NCBI GenBank assembly: GCA_048938855.1
Contig: JBHLLT010000006.1
Coordinates: forward strand, 32,001-96,000
Direction: 5' to 3'
DNA length: 64,000 bases
DNA from: Promethearchaeota archaeon
Lineage (GTDB): Archaea; Asgardarchaeota; Lokiarchaeia; Sigyniarchaeales; SOKP01
Part shown: positions 40,617 through 50,805 of the stretch, piece after piece
Numbering within the stretch: the stretch's first letter is position 1
Layout: each line of letters starts with the position of its first letter
Notes under the pieces: model-generated
What the model was told of the DNA's origin: nothing
The model's input: the letters and a program-made list of their open reading frames with translations, nothing else
Database searches by the model: none
Translations under genes and position numbers: made by a program

Positions 40617-40618
40617 AT

Positions 40619-41587
40619 TTGAAATGTCCCGCCTGTGACATTGAAATGGAACCTTTGGTCGTTGGGATATTTCAATGTCCAAAATGTAAGAAAATTGTTA
40701 AAGAAAAAGATTTAGATTTAAAAACAGAAGAAAGAAAGGAAACTCAATTTGGAGATTTTCAAGAAGGTGATTACTTTCATAAAAATGCAAGTCTAAATAA
40801 GAATTATGAGATCTGCGAAAAGGGCATTACAATAAACAAAACAGAAAATCGATTATTTGCAGCTTTGATTTGTCATAGTGCATATTTGAAAGATGAAAAA
40901 TATGTGAGATTATCATGGTGGAAGAATTTTCAGCATGCTGGTATGTTTAAAGTTTATGATAAATATGTTTTAAATAATCTTATCATTGCGTTGGGGAAGA
41001 TTGATGATTCTTTTGATGATATCTGGAACTGGAGTGGAAAGTTTGGGAAACAAAAAAGCAAAACAGAAGAAGAGTTGGAAAAAGAAAAACAATTAGAGAT
41101 AATAAAATATAGAATTCTTGAAAATAAAACATGTCCAAAATGCCAGAATAAGATGGATAAAATGAAATCCCATTATGAGTGTCAACATTGTGGAGAAATT
41201 GTTATATTAGAAGGGTATAATCAACCAATCTTTAATATACTTCCAGAAAATATTGATCTGAGATTTCATGCTAATTTTCCAATAAATTTTTACTTACCTG
41301 TGAGTGGTATAACTCTTAAATGGTTGATGGGGGAATGGAAAGCACTAGCAGTTATATATTCTAAGGATAATCCAAATAAAAAGTGGTTGAGATTTTATTG
41401 GTGGGTTCGCGATTTGAGTAACATTTTAAAGTACGGCCAAAGAGAGATGGGAAATGGTACTCAAATGGGTTGGAAAGCCCAGAAAGGGATGGCATCTCCA
41501 AATCTATATGATAAAAAGCTTGTAAAACCATTAATTAACGCGCTAAAAAATATCGCAAATGAATTAAATTGGACTATAAGTAATTAA
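40619..41587 (+). CDS. Duplicated Zn-ribbon + PC4-like domain protein
   Basis: Two CxxC...CxxC ribbons, each followed by a related unit (KYVRLSWW...YDKYVLNNLIIALGKI / KWLRFYWW...YDKKLVKPLINALKNI). Confidence 0.65.
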   Translation: MKCPACDIEMEPLVVGIFQCPKCKKIVKEKDLDLKTEERKETQFGDFQEGDYFHKNASLNKNYEICEKGITINKTENRLFAALICHSAYLKDEKYVRLSWWKNFQHAGMFKVYDKYVLNNLIIALGKIDDSFDDIWNWSGKFGKQKSKTEEELEKEKQLEIIKYRILENKTCPKCQNKMDKMKSHYECQHCGEIVILEGYNQPIFNILPENIDLRFHANFPINFYLPVSGITLKWLMGEWKALAVIYSKDNPNKKWLRFYWWVRDLSNILKYGQREMGNGTQMGWKAQKGMASPNLYDKKLVKPLINALKNIANELNWTISN

Positions 41588-41606
41588 AAGGATTAAAATT
41601 CAAAAA

Positions 41607-42746
41607 ATGACAGAAATCGAAGATTCAAGCTGGAACGGCCTTTTAAATAACTTTCAAGTGAATCTTGAAAAGGCAATAGAAGAATTACAAAAACGAGATG
41701 TAGAAAATATTCCCGGTGCAAAAGAAGCTTTAGTCCAAAGATTAAACAATATGAAGCTTCATTTTCCTAAAAACAATGGCGATATATTGATAAAATCAAT
41801 CAATGATAAGATACAAAATGCCTTTTTCCCTAATACAAAAAGTTTCTCTGTAGCCTTAAAAAAAATTTTAAAATCTAGAACCCACGAGCAAGATTTTATT
41901 ATCAATGAATTGTTAAATGGTTTCGTAACCTCTAAAGCAAATGCTATAGCAACTGGAACTCAAGGGCCGATAATAGATCGAATAGTTGAAGCATTCTCTA
42001 AAAGAAATGATTTTCATATCATTGATCACCAGTTTTATGCAATGTTTGGAGACCCTAATAAACCTCGTCATTATGTTAAAAAACAGCTTGAAGAGCTTTC
42101 AAATATGTTTGGATTGGTATCTAAAGAGCTTGTAGTTGAGAAGGATGTAAGAAGAAGCGAAGAAAAAGTATATGTTTTTTACACATTTCCAGATGAAATC
42201 ATAACTATTCTTGAAGAAAAATATTTAACTATTGATGAAGAATTGGGATATGCTTATGTTTCAGAAGAGTTTGATAGGAATGTTTTTATAAGTATGTTCT
42301 TGGCAAATTTAGCAATAAATCGGGATGATATTGATAAAATTGGTGGGGCATATACAATTAATGGGATTTCCGCAATATTTGCATTAATTTTACTTCTGAG
42401 TTTCATGCCAAAACTAAGTCTAGATGAGACTAATCCTATATTGAACGACCCTAATTTTAATGAGAAAAATATGAGTGTTATTCCAAAATCTTGGATGATG
42501 AAACAAGTATTAGAGCCATTATTTGAACCATTGATCAAAATTGTGGCTTATAGAATAGGAGGAGGATTATGGTTATCTAAAATAATTGATTCAGAAATTA
42601 ATAAAAAAATTCACAATCAAATAAGATTTCTCCTCAAGGATGTTAATAAATGGATATTAGGTAATCTTTGCAGAGTTGAAATACCAATTTTCATTGAAAT
42701 CTCTAATATTTTTACTGAAATTTTAGTGGGGTATGATGAAAAATAA
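41607..42746 (+). CDS. Hypothetical protein
   Basis: 379-aa ORF in the operon. Confidence 0.7.
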   Translation: MTEIEDSSWNGLLNNFQVNLEKAIEELQKRDVENIPGAKEALVQRLNNMKLHFPKNNGDILIKSINDKIQNAFFPNTKSFSVALKKILKSRTHEQDFIINELLNGFVTSKANAIATGTQGPIIDRIVEAFSKRNDFHIIDHQFYAMFGDPNKPRHYVKKQLEELSNMFGLVSKELVVEKDVRRSEEKVYVFYTFPDEIITILEEKYLTIDEELGYAYVSEEFDRNVFISMFLANLAINRDDIDKIGGAYTINGISAIFALILLLSFMPKLSLDETNPILNDPNFNEKNMSVIPKSWMMKQVLEPLFEPLIKIVAYRIGGGLWLSKIIDSEINKKIHNQIRFLLKDVNKWILGNLCRVEIPIFIEISNIFTEILVGYDEK

Positions 42747-42770
42747 AATTTTTTAAATTAGAGTGAAAAA

Positions 42771-44069
42771 ATGAGTTATAAAAAAAAAGCTACCAGAACA
42801 GTAAAACCGGGAAGGAAGAGAGAGAAATGGACTGACATTCTTCCCAGATACTTAACATTTTTAAGTCACATGCGTCCAATCCTAAGAGAAACAAGAAGAA
42901 TAATTCTCGATTTAGATGCTGATTTATTACTTGATACAGAAATTTTAGATAAGATTCGTCAAGAAGAAGAAAAAAGGAATGTCCGAAAAGTAAGAGCACT
43001 TTCAGAATTTTCTGCTATGTATAGATCCAATATTTACGAGATTATTAAGGATTTTATAGTTAAATATCGTGAAAAGATCCCTACAATAGATATAAAAGAC
43101 TATATAGTAGAATTTCTTCATGAATCTATCGACGCTTTGAATGTTTTGCGTCATATAACTAATCCTGATGAGCTTAATTTAGAAAAAACTTACTTATATC
43201 AATTAGTTAAATTTATTGAAAATAAGCTATTTCCAAGAGGCGCAAACTTAAAAATAATATACAATAATTTATTACAGAATTCTTCTGAATTTTATGAATG
43301 CCAGCGCCATCTTTTACAACCTCACACATATTATCGAGAGAATTTAGAAAGTCCTGATTATTTTGAAATTCCTGGAATATCACCCAAAATATATCAAATC
43401 ATCAATAATATCACATCCCTCTTTAACTTAGATCCCAATTTTGGAGAATTTCCAGAAAAAAAAAATCATGAGATTCCAATGATTTTAAAAAATGAAGTAT
43501 TTTTACCATATATTGATTCAATTGCTAATGCTGAAGAAGATGCTTTAGAAAAAATTTCTGAACGAATTGGGTTACGGCTATTAGATGAAATATTTATAGC
43601 ACCACAAGAGGACTTTGCAGAAATGCTATTAGAAAATAACTTTTTACGTGAAAATAAACAATCAGATGGAACAATAAGACTATATCCACAATTTAGTAAC
43701 GAAACCTTAGTGCTATATTATCTAGCTTTTGCTTCTCAAAGAAGAGGTTTCTTGTCAAAGGAATTAGTTAATTGGATTTCAATGAATTGTGCCTTCTTGA
43801 TATATATGGGTATTTTAAAATGGAAATTATCGGATGAAAATATTTTTTACACTATCTTTAAAGATCTTCAAACTAATGAAAAAGTACTTCCATATTTAAT
43901 GAAGTTAATATGTTTTCCAAATTATTTAGGATTAGATAAAATGAAAATTAGAGATTCAATTCAATATCGAAAAGAAATTTTTAATTTTATCGGATCCCAA
44001 ATAGATAATCTTAAAATATTAATAAATGAAATTGCACTCTTTTGCGAAAGTTTTGAAAATAAACAATAA
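42771..44069 (+). CDS. Hypothetical protein
   Basis: 432-aa ORF in the operon; GAGTGA Shine-Dalgarno-like element. Confidence 0.7.
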   Translation: MSYKKKATRTVKPGRKREKWTDILPRYLTFLSHMRPILRETRRIILDLDADLLLDTEILDKIRQEEEKRNVRKVRALSEFSAMYRSNIYEIIKDFIVKYREKIPTIDIKDYIVEFLHESIDALNVLRHITNPDELNLEKTYLYQLVKFIENKLFPRGANLKIIYNNLLQNSSEFYECQRHLLQPHTYYRENLESPDYFEIPGISPKIYQIINNITSLFNLDPNFGEFPEKKNHEIPMILKNEVFLPYIDSIANAEEDALEKISERIGLRLLDEIFIAPQEDFAEMLLENNFLRENKQSDGTIRLYPQFSNETLVLYYLAFASQRRGFLSKELVNWISMNCAFLIYMGILKWKLSDENIFYTIFKDLQTNEKVLPYLMKLICFPNYLGLDKMKIRDSIQYRKEIFNFIGSQIDNLKILINEIALFCESFENKQ

Positions 44070-44094
44070 AAAAAAAATTATGAGTTGAAAAATT

Positions 44095-45204
44095 TTGCCA
44101 AAATCTATTAATGAAAAAGAAGATATGCTAGTATTCTCTGATGATGTTATTAAAGAACGACTTGGAAAGTATGGGGCAGTTTATTTTCCTTCAGATATAA
44201 AAGAAACAGTAGATGATATAATAGGAAATGAAAATATAAAAGAAATATTAAATGATTTTTTTAAAGCTCTAAAAAAATATAATGAATTTATTGAAAATTT
44301 AAAGAATACAAAATTAGCTCCCAATCTTACTGTTCTTCTTTATGGGCCTCCTGGTACAGGAAAAACTTCATTAACAAGAGGATTTGCGAAGAAATTTGAT
44401 ATTCCAATTTGCGTTGTAGAGTCTGATAGGCTTGTTTCACCTTTGTTAGGAGATACTATTAAAAATATTCGCGGAGTCGTAGAATTAGCAGCCGAAATTT
44501 CTAAGGAACGAAAGGCTTTTATATTATTTTTTGATGAGATTGATGCAATCGGTTCTGAAAGATCAAATATTCATGAGGTAGGAGAAATTAAACGAGCTGT
44601 AATCTCATTCCTCCAAGTTATTGATAGAACCAATTATGAAGGAGTACCTCTTGCTATTTTTGGAGCCACAAATCATCAGCATCAACTAGACTCAGCGATT
44701 TGGCGTCGTTTTACTTTCCATTTTAAATTTGATTTTCCTGATTTTCATTTACGCAAAAAAATTATAGAATCCTTTATAAATAAAATAAAAAATGCGAAAA
44801 TCGGAGTTGACGATTTAATTTTTTCGAATTTAGATAGTGAGTATAAAAATATTCAATTAGTTTCAAAAGAATTAGAAACTAAATTAGGTAGGGTCATTTC
44901 TGAATTTGAAAATGGGCTTCTTTGGGAAGAATTTAACAAAAAAAGTAAATCAGTTGGTCTCCTAGAACTATCATTTGGGTATTCTGGGTCAGATATTGAA
45001 AGAGGGACAAGAGTCGCCTTATTAAAATCAATTAATACGGGAATATTAAATTATGATGATTTTTATAACTCTCTAAAGTTGGTTGGTGGTACTGCCATTC
45101 ATGTTGAAAGACAGGATGTTTTAAGTGATGCAAAAAAACCTAGACTCTATACAAATTCATATAGCAATAGAAGAAATAAAACTCTTGGGCCTCCTGAAAT
45201 ATAG
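44095..45204 (+). CDS. Classic-clade AAA+ ATPase (single domain, Cdc48/Vps4-related)
   Basis: GPPGTGKT, FFDEIDAI, ATNHQHQLDSAIWRRF, GYSGSDIE. Confidence 0.9.
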   Translation: MPKSINEKEDMLVFSDDVIKERLGKYGAVYFPSDIKETVDDIIGNENIKEILNDFFKALKKYNEFIENLKNTKLAPNLTVLLYGPPGTGKTSLTRGFAKKFDIPICVVESDRLVSPLLGDTIKNIRGVVELAAEISKERKAFILFFDEIDAIGSERSNIHEVGEIKRAVISFLQVIDRTNYEGVPLAIFGATNHQHQLDSAIWRRFTFHFKFDFPDFHLRKKIIESFINKIKNAKIGVDDLIFSNLDSEYKNIQLVSKELETKLGRVISEFENGLLWEEFNKKSKSVGLLELSFGYSGSDIERGTRVALLKSINTGILNYDDFYNSLKLVGGTAIHVERQDVLSDAKKPRLYTNSYSNRRNKTLGPPEI

Positions 45205-45224
45205 AAATAATAAATCACATTGTA

Positions 45225-46274
45225 TTGAAGCTTATGAGTAATAACCAAATATTTAATCTTGAAAAAATAAAGGAACTGACAAGCCCAATTGAAGATCTAC
45301 AGACAGAATTAAATAAAATAAATGATGTATCATCTAAGATAACAAAAAATATGGAACTCATTGAACATGAACCTTATGTTAAAGAATTTTCAACCCAAAT
45401 AATAATTATACAAGAGCTCCTACAAAATATAAAAATTAAAATTGAAGAAATTTCCAATACTAATCTCAATAGATTTTTAGATTTTCAAAATATCTTAATT
45501 ATAAAATATAAAGAGCTTTTTAAGGATAGATTAAAAAGCCTGAGCTTAAATAGAGAATTAACAAAATTTATTGGATTAAATTTAGTTCAAAACAAACAAA
45601 TCAGTAAAATCATCGAATATGTTTCATTTATTCCCTCAATTGAAATTTCGAATTGGCTAGAAATTATAGATTCATTAAAATATAACACGATTTTCTTAAA
45701 ATCTATCAAAAAGGCTAAGAATTATTATAGCACATTAATTCAATTAAAGCTTAAGGAAGAATTAAGTAGAATTCCAGAAGAAGTTCCTCCAGAATTAATA
45801 GTTGATTATGAGAATTTTTTCATAGAGAATCCTACTATAACATTTAATGAATTTTTTCAAACTATTGAAAAACAATTAACCAAACAGGAATTAAAAGAAA
45901 AAAGAGCAATTATTGAAGAAGCTAAAGAGAAAGAAAAACTAGAGAAACTAAAAAAAAGGCAAGAAGAACAAAAAACAGCATATGAAAATTATTTAAAGCT
46001 TTCTGATAGTGAATTTAAAAGGCTTACAAGGAAAAAAAGTAGAGAAAAATTAAGCAATATTTCCAAAAAAACTAATGAGAATAGTTCCATTGAAATTAGT
46101 GAAGAAATTTCTGAAAAAATTAAGAAATTTAAGTCGCAATTTGAAAAAAGCTTTAATGAAAAGTATATGATACAAAAAGATGAAGATAAAGATCCAATTG
46201 ATTTAATTCGAGAAAGAAAGAAAAAAAAAGAGAAGGAATATAAACAATTTGAAGATCATTTTGAAAACAAATAA
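45225..46274 (+). CDS. Coiled-coil hypothetical protein
   Basis: Helical, K/E-rich 349-aa ORF. Confidence 0.7.
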   Translation: MKLMSNNQIFNLEKIKELTSPIEDLQTELNKINDVSSKITKNMELIEHEPYVKEFSTQIIIIQELLQNIKIKIEEISNTNLNRFLDFQNILIIKYKELFKDRLKSLSLNRELTKFIGLNLVQNKQISKIIEYVSFIPSIEISNWLEIIDSLKYNTIFLKSIKKAKNYYSTLIQLKLKEELSRIPEEVPPELIVDYENFFIENPTITFNEFFQTIEKQLTKQELKEKRAIIEEAKEKEKLEKLKKRQEEQKTAYENYLKLSDSEFKRLTRKKSREKLSNISKKTNENSSIEISEEISEKIKKFKSQFEKSFNEKYMIQKDEDKDPIDLIRERKKKKEKEYKQFEDHFENK

Positions 46275-46295
46275 TTAAAACAAAAGGTAGGTAAT

Positions 46296-47909
46296 ATTTC
46301 TAATAGTAACTTTAAGATTTCTATTGGTTCAAAAGAAATTTTAATTAAGGATAGATTTACATTAATTAACGGAAAAATTAAAAAAAACTTACTTAGCGAA
46401 TATAAAGATGATATCTTTCTTGAGATATCTCAAGACTTAAACAATATTCCTCTCTTAAAATTTATAGAATTCCTACAGGAAGAAACTCAAGAATTTCAAT
46501 TTCTGTCAAAAGCTAATGATCTCTTATATTTTTTAAAAGAATATATTAACACCATACAAAACAATATAGCTATTTCATCTCAATATAGAGATATTATTCA
46601 TAACTTATTGCTCATAATTCAACACATTGAATTCTTAAAAAAGGAAGAATCTTTGTCAAAAGAGTTAGAATTATCAACTCAATATAAAAAATCAAGCGAT
46701 ATTGTAGCTATTAAGGATTTAATGAATAAATTAAATGAATCTTTAATCATAAACACGAAAAAATTAAATCTTTTTGAAGAAGACTTTTTTCAACGTAAAA
46801 ACAAAATTAATAAAATCAAAAACACAATTAAAGAGTACAATTTAAGAATAGAACAATTAAATAACCAAAAGAAGCAATGCTTTAGCCAAATTAACCGTAT
46901 TACTAGAGAAATGGCAGGTGATAAACCTGCATCTAAAGATGATATTAAAGTTGATTTAATAGAATTTGAGGGAAATTTAACAAATGCAGAAAAAATACGA
47001 GCGTTTCAAAAGAAAGCAAAAGAAATTCAATCCGAAATTAAAGATCTAGAATCAAAAAGAAACCAAACTCAATTAAAACTAGAAGATCTTCTCCCTCTTT
47101 TTGAAATATTTGAAAAAGATCATCAATCATTATTAAATATAATCAGTTCTGATAAAAAGAGGATTGATGAGTTAGAAGTAGAACTCAGAAATAAATTAAA
47201 AGAAGATATAAATACAGAAATAGAAAATATTGATCAAATAATTTTAAATTCTCTAAGGTCCTCAAAAGAGATTAAAAGTGATCTTGAAAAAATAGAGAAT
47301 GAATTAAATAAGCAAACCCTTTCTGATAATTATTTCAACCCGCAAAATCCGTATGATCTATCTACTGTTATTAATAATCTTACTAAACTCTATGAATACA
47401 TAACCAAAAATGAATCAAAGATCATTATTTCTAACAGTGAAAAAGGAGTTACCGATTGTCTCAAACAATTTAAGGAATTAGAAACTTCTCTTTCAAATAT
47501 AGAATCTATAATAAATAACTTTTTAAAAGAGATTAATGTAGATTCCCAATTTAGAATAGTATTAAGTGAAGATCAAAGGAATCTTTTCATAAATATATTA
47601 TTTAATAGAAGAGAAAAACCAAAGGCCAGATTTGAGGAATTAACTACTCCAGAAAAAATTTTTTTCATTATAGTTTTCTATCTCTCAATGAAACTCCATA
47701 CTAATAAAACTAATATAATTTTTTCAAATATGTCACTCTTAAATCAATATAATAAAGCAGGTTCTATTTTTCGAACTATCAAAAAAATATTACCTCTTTT
47801 TGAAGGGAATAATAATCTTTTCAGATTTAAATTAATATTTATTTTACCTAACTTAGAATTGAAAAAAACTATTAAAAATTTAAAAATTATAACAATGCAA
47901 GAGAGTTGA
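46296..47909 (+). CDS. Degenerate SMC/Rad50-like coiled-coil protein
   Basis: Frame is open from 46275; probable ATT start at 46296 after AGGTAGGT. N-terminal IKDRFTLING, long coiled coil, C-terminal FEELTTPEKIFFIIVFYLSM resembling the ABC signature helix. Confidence 0.6.
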   Translation: MSNSNFKISIGSKEILIKDRFTLINGKIKKNLLSEYKDDIFLEISQDLNNIPLLKFIEFLQEETQEFQFLSKANDLLYFLKEYINTIQNNIAISSQYRDIIHNLLLIIQHIEFLKKEESLSKELELSTQYKKSSDIVAIKDLMNKLNESLIINTKKLNLFEEDFFQRKNKINKIKNTIKEYNLRIEQLNNQKKQCFSQINRITREMAGDKPASKDDIKVDLIEFEGNLTNAEKIRAFQKKAKEIQSEIKDLESKRNQTQLKLEDLLPLFEIFEKDHQSLLNIISSDKKRIDELEVELRNKLKEDINTEIENIDQIILNSLRSSKEIKSDLEKIENELNKQTLSDNYFNPQNPYDLSTVINNLTKLYEYITKNESKIIISNSEKGVTDCLKQFKELETSLSNIESIINNFLKEINVDSQFRIVLSEDQRNLFINILFNRREKPKARFEELTTPEKIFFIIVFYLSMKLHTNKTNIIFSNMSLLNQYNKAGSIFRTIKKILPLFEGNNNLFRFKLIFILPNLELKKTIKNLKIITMQES

Positions 47910-48415
47910 AGCAATTGACAATTAATAGTAATGAAATTAGTGAAACGATAAGAAACATCACAAAATTAATTTTAACAAATCCTCAAAAAATTATTCGAGA
48001 AGAAGATCTTAAAAATTTAAGTAAAGATTTCAATTTTGAAGAAATTATGAGTGATGTTTACTTAAATTTAAGAAATGTGGGTTTGGATCTTATTAAAACT
48101 ACATTTTTAGAACAAAAATATTATATCCTTACATCTGAGGGAAAAGATGATAATATTACACCATCTCAGTATGGTACGTTAGCTTTAATAATCGCATTAA
48201 GTAAAGAAGTCGATGAGAACATTAAAATTGAGGATTTAAAAGAAATTTTTGAGGAAGCATGGGACACAGATGTTCAATTTTTAATTGATAATGACTATAT
48301 AAGAAAGTTTGATGAATTAGGAATAATCAAAATATCTCCATTAGGAAAGGCAATTATGAAGAACATTATTATGGATATTGATTTAAAAAATTTATTAAAT
48401 TTCTTTTTAGAATAA
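47906..48415 (+). CDS. Tandem winged-helix KITE-like protein (MAGE/Nse3/ScpB-like)
   Basis: FEEIMSDVYLNLRNVGLDL...YYILTS...QYGTLALIIAL pattern resembles the MAGE homology domain; overlaps the SMC-like gene stop. Confidence 0.6.
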   Translation: MKQLTINSNEISETIRNITKLILTNPQKIIREEDLKNLSKDFNFEEIMSDVYLNLRNVGLDLIKTTFLEQKYYILTSEGKDDNITPSQYGTLALIIALSKEVDENIKIEDLKEIFEEAWDTDVQFLIDNDYIRKFDELGIIKISPLGKAIMKNIIMDIDLKNLLNFFLE

Positions 48416-48443
48416 AAGGAATAAAAAAATTTAATTTATGTAA

Positions 48444-48863
48444 TTAATCTGCTTCCAAATCCATTTTAAACTGATCATATATTTTTCTAACTCTGTCAGC
48501 TGAAGGTCCCTCCCCTCGTACTCCGTTTTCATCAACAATGATTTTTCCGCTTAAGATTGAAATTATATTCTGATCTTCTATATAATCTACATGCCCTTTT
48601 GTAAAAATAGTAGCAATTCTATCAGCTAAAGCCTGCATAGGAAATGGTTCTTCTTCAAGACTTACAAAATCATAAAAAGTATTTCTTATAAACAATTTGG
48701 GAAAGGATTTGTTTTTTTCATTTTTAGCATTTATAAGAATTAAATTGGAGTCTTCTGAAATTCCCTTTAATTGTCCTACAAAAAATTTATCCTTTTCAAT
48801 GTATACCTTAACAATTTTATCAATTAAAGTTCCTAACTCAGTATTATATTGCCTAATCGACAT
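48444..48863 (-). CDS. Sm-like protein with C-terminal domain (SmAP3 type)
   Basis: Sm1 (VKV...FVGQLKGISEDSNLILINA), Sm2 (LFIR) and an extension ending GEGPSADRV. Confidence 0.85.
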   Translation of the reverse strand: MSIRQYNTELGTLIDKIVKVYIEKDKFFVGQLKGISEDSNLILINAKNEKNKSFPKLFIRNTFYDFVSLEEEPFPMQALADRIATIFTKGHVDYIEDQNIISILSGKIIVDENGVRGEGPSADRVRKIYDQFKMDLEAD

Positions 48864-48926
48864 GATTCTTCAGAACTTTTTTTTTATTATTAATATTATG
48901 TTCTTTTGTTTTTATTCTTAATTTTA

Positions 48927-49583
48927 CTAATCTAAGATATAATTTATAAGTTTGGAGATATTTTCTCCAGTTGTAGCGCTTGTAGCAAAAATTTTGAGGT
49001 TTGGGTTAATTTCTTTTGCATCATGTATCATATCCTCAACTTTTATATCCATCACATCGTTTAAATCAATCTTATTAATTATAGCGAGATCAGAAAATTT
49101 AAACAACATAGGATGTTTGCGTATTACCCATGGACCTTCTGTTATTGATACAATTACAATACGTTTCTCAACACCTAAAATAAAATCAGAAGGACAAATC
49201 AAATTCCCAACGTTTTCTATAAAAATTATATTAACATCATTTAGATTATAATTTTTTAAAACTTGGGAGATATGATATGAATTTAATGCACACTCACGCC
49301 CTGTATTAATCTGAACTGATTTTACACCATGTTTTTCAATTCTATCTGCATCAATTCTTGTAGCCACGTCTCCATTGATTACTAGAATTCTATAATCTTG
49401 TGAGATTTTTTCGACAATCTTTTCAATAATTGCAGTTTTTCCTGCCCCTATTGCTCCAACAAAATCAAACGCCCTTATATGATTGTCTTTAAATATTTGT
49501 TTATTCTCTTCTGCTAATTTATCATTATTCTCAATTAAATCCTCATTCAGTTCTATTATTCTTGATACTTTATTTTCCGGCAT
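48927..49583 (-). CDS. hypB: Hydrogenase nickel-insertion GTPase HypB
   Basis: GAIGAGKT, DADRI, QINTG, ENVGNLICP, KHP, NKIDL. Confidence 0.92.
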   Translation of the reverse strand: MPENKVSRIIELNEDLIENNDKLAEENKQIFKDNHIRAFDFVGAIGAGKTAIIEKIVEKISQDYRILVINGDVATRIDADRIEKHGVKSVQINTGRECALNSYHISQVLKNYNLNDVNIIFIENVGNLICPSDFILGVEKRIVIVSITEGPWVIRKHPMLFKFSDLAIINKIDLNDVMDIKVEDMIHDAKEINPNLKIFATSATTGENISKLINYILD

Positions 49584-49684
49584 TATAGTTATTATGATAA
49601 TCTTAAAAATTTAATAGGATATAGAAATAAAGACTTATTCCTTGATAATTTTTATGAATTGAGATTCTAGAAATAAGTTTGATA

Positions 49685-50626
49685 TTATCTTAAGTTAAAC
49701 TTATATCTATATATAATATACGCCCCTAAAATACCCCCTAAATCTGGTAAGTAAATTATTACATAAAATGGATAATACCAAACAAAAAATATTACTGGTA
49801 ATAATCTAAGAATGACAATAAAGATCAAAAACGATCTTCCACTCATTCTAATCGGAAGAAAATACATAAATGCAGTGATTTTTTGATTCATCATTGGGAA
49901 TAGGGAATATGCTAATAAACCTAATATTCCACCCCATGCTAAACCAATAGGAGGAAGGAGGATATCTATAGGATATATTGAGATAAGGGAAAATCTTAAT
50001 AAAAAATAGAAAAGAGCTGTAACAAGGCATGAAATTGTATATAAAATAATTAAAAATTTTGTACCTTCACTCGCTTCAATATTTCTAACCATGAAATATA
50101 AAATCAATAAAATAAACATTAATAAAAGTAGACTTAAAGGATCACCTGTACTAATAAATATACTAGTAATGAAAGTATAGTAGGTGTACTTATATACTAA
50201 TCCATTTAAACTTAAAGATAAATATTCAGGGATTCCATAATAACTAAAGAACAACGCTGTTATGGAGAATCCTATGATAACAAAAAATAGAGTCTTTGTA
50301 CCTTTGTATTGGGAAGTTCTTTTATAAGGTTTTTGATATAATCTAAATGTTTTTTCATTCTGTTTATCTTGCCTTTTTAAATATCTTTTGAATGCTTTGG
50401 GCTCTTTATCTAAATAAACCTTTGATACAGGGTGTCTTATTGAGGCATCTTGGTATTTCTGTGCAGGTTCTCTTGAAGAAGTAGGGACAACAGGTACATG
50501 TTTTAATTCAAATGTGCATTCATGATTTTCAGGTAATCGATGTTTTTTACAAAATGTACCTCCGCAATACTTGCATGTAAAAGGTAAGTAAGAAATTTGA
50601 TCTCCGCAAAATTCACAATAAGTCAG
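49685..50626 (-). CDS. AN1 zinc finger + rhomboid-superfamily (Derlin-like) membrane protein lacking the catalytic dyad
   Basis: Frame extends 124 codons beyond the ORF-track start to CTG at 50626: [37 protein letters not shown]. TM part has [10 protein letters not shown]...G, GLAWGG, DLGG. Confidence 0.8.
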   Translation of the reverse strand: MTYCEFCGDQISYLPFTCKYCGGTFCKKHRLPENHECTFELKHVPVVPTSSREPAQKYQDASIRHPVSKVYLDKEPKAFKRYLKRQDKQNEKTFRLYQKPYKRTSQYKGTKTLFFVIIGFSITALFFSYYGIPEYLSLSLNGLVYKYTYYTFITSIFISTGDPLSLLLLMFILLILYFMVRNIEASEGTKFLIILYTISCLVTALFYFLLRFSLISIYPIDILLPPIGLAWGGILGLLAYSLFPMMNQKITAFMYFLPIRMSGRSFLIFIVILRLLPVIFFVWYYPFYVIIYLPDLGGILGAYIIYRYKFNLR

Positions 50627-50805
50627 TTATATCACATCAAATTTGATTATTTTGTTTATATCCTTTACAAAGATTAATAATAAAACTCAAACTTCAAATA
50701 ATTTAAAATTATCATCCTTCATAATTTTTACTTTTTTCTCATTATGGTTTTATTCTTAAAGATTTCGATATAAAAAAATTAAAGAAAAATGTAGATTCCT
50801 TAAAA

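Noticed and set aside
44095-48415. ESCRT (Vps4/ESCRT-II/III) locus
   Set aside because: The ATPase has no N-terminal MIT domain and no Snf7-like gene is recognisable; an SMC/KITE-like reading fits better.
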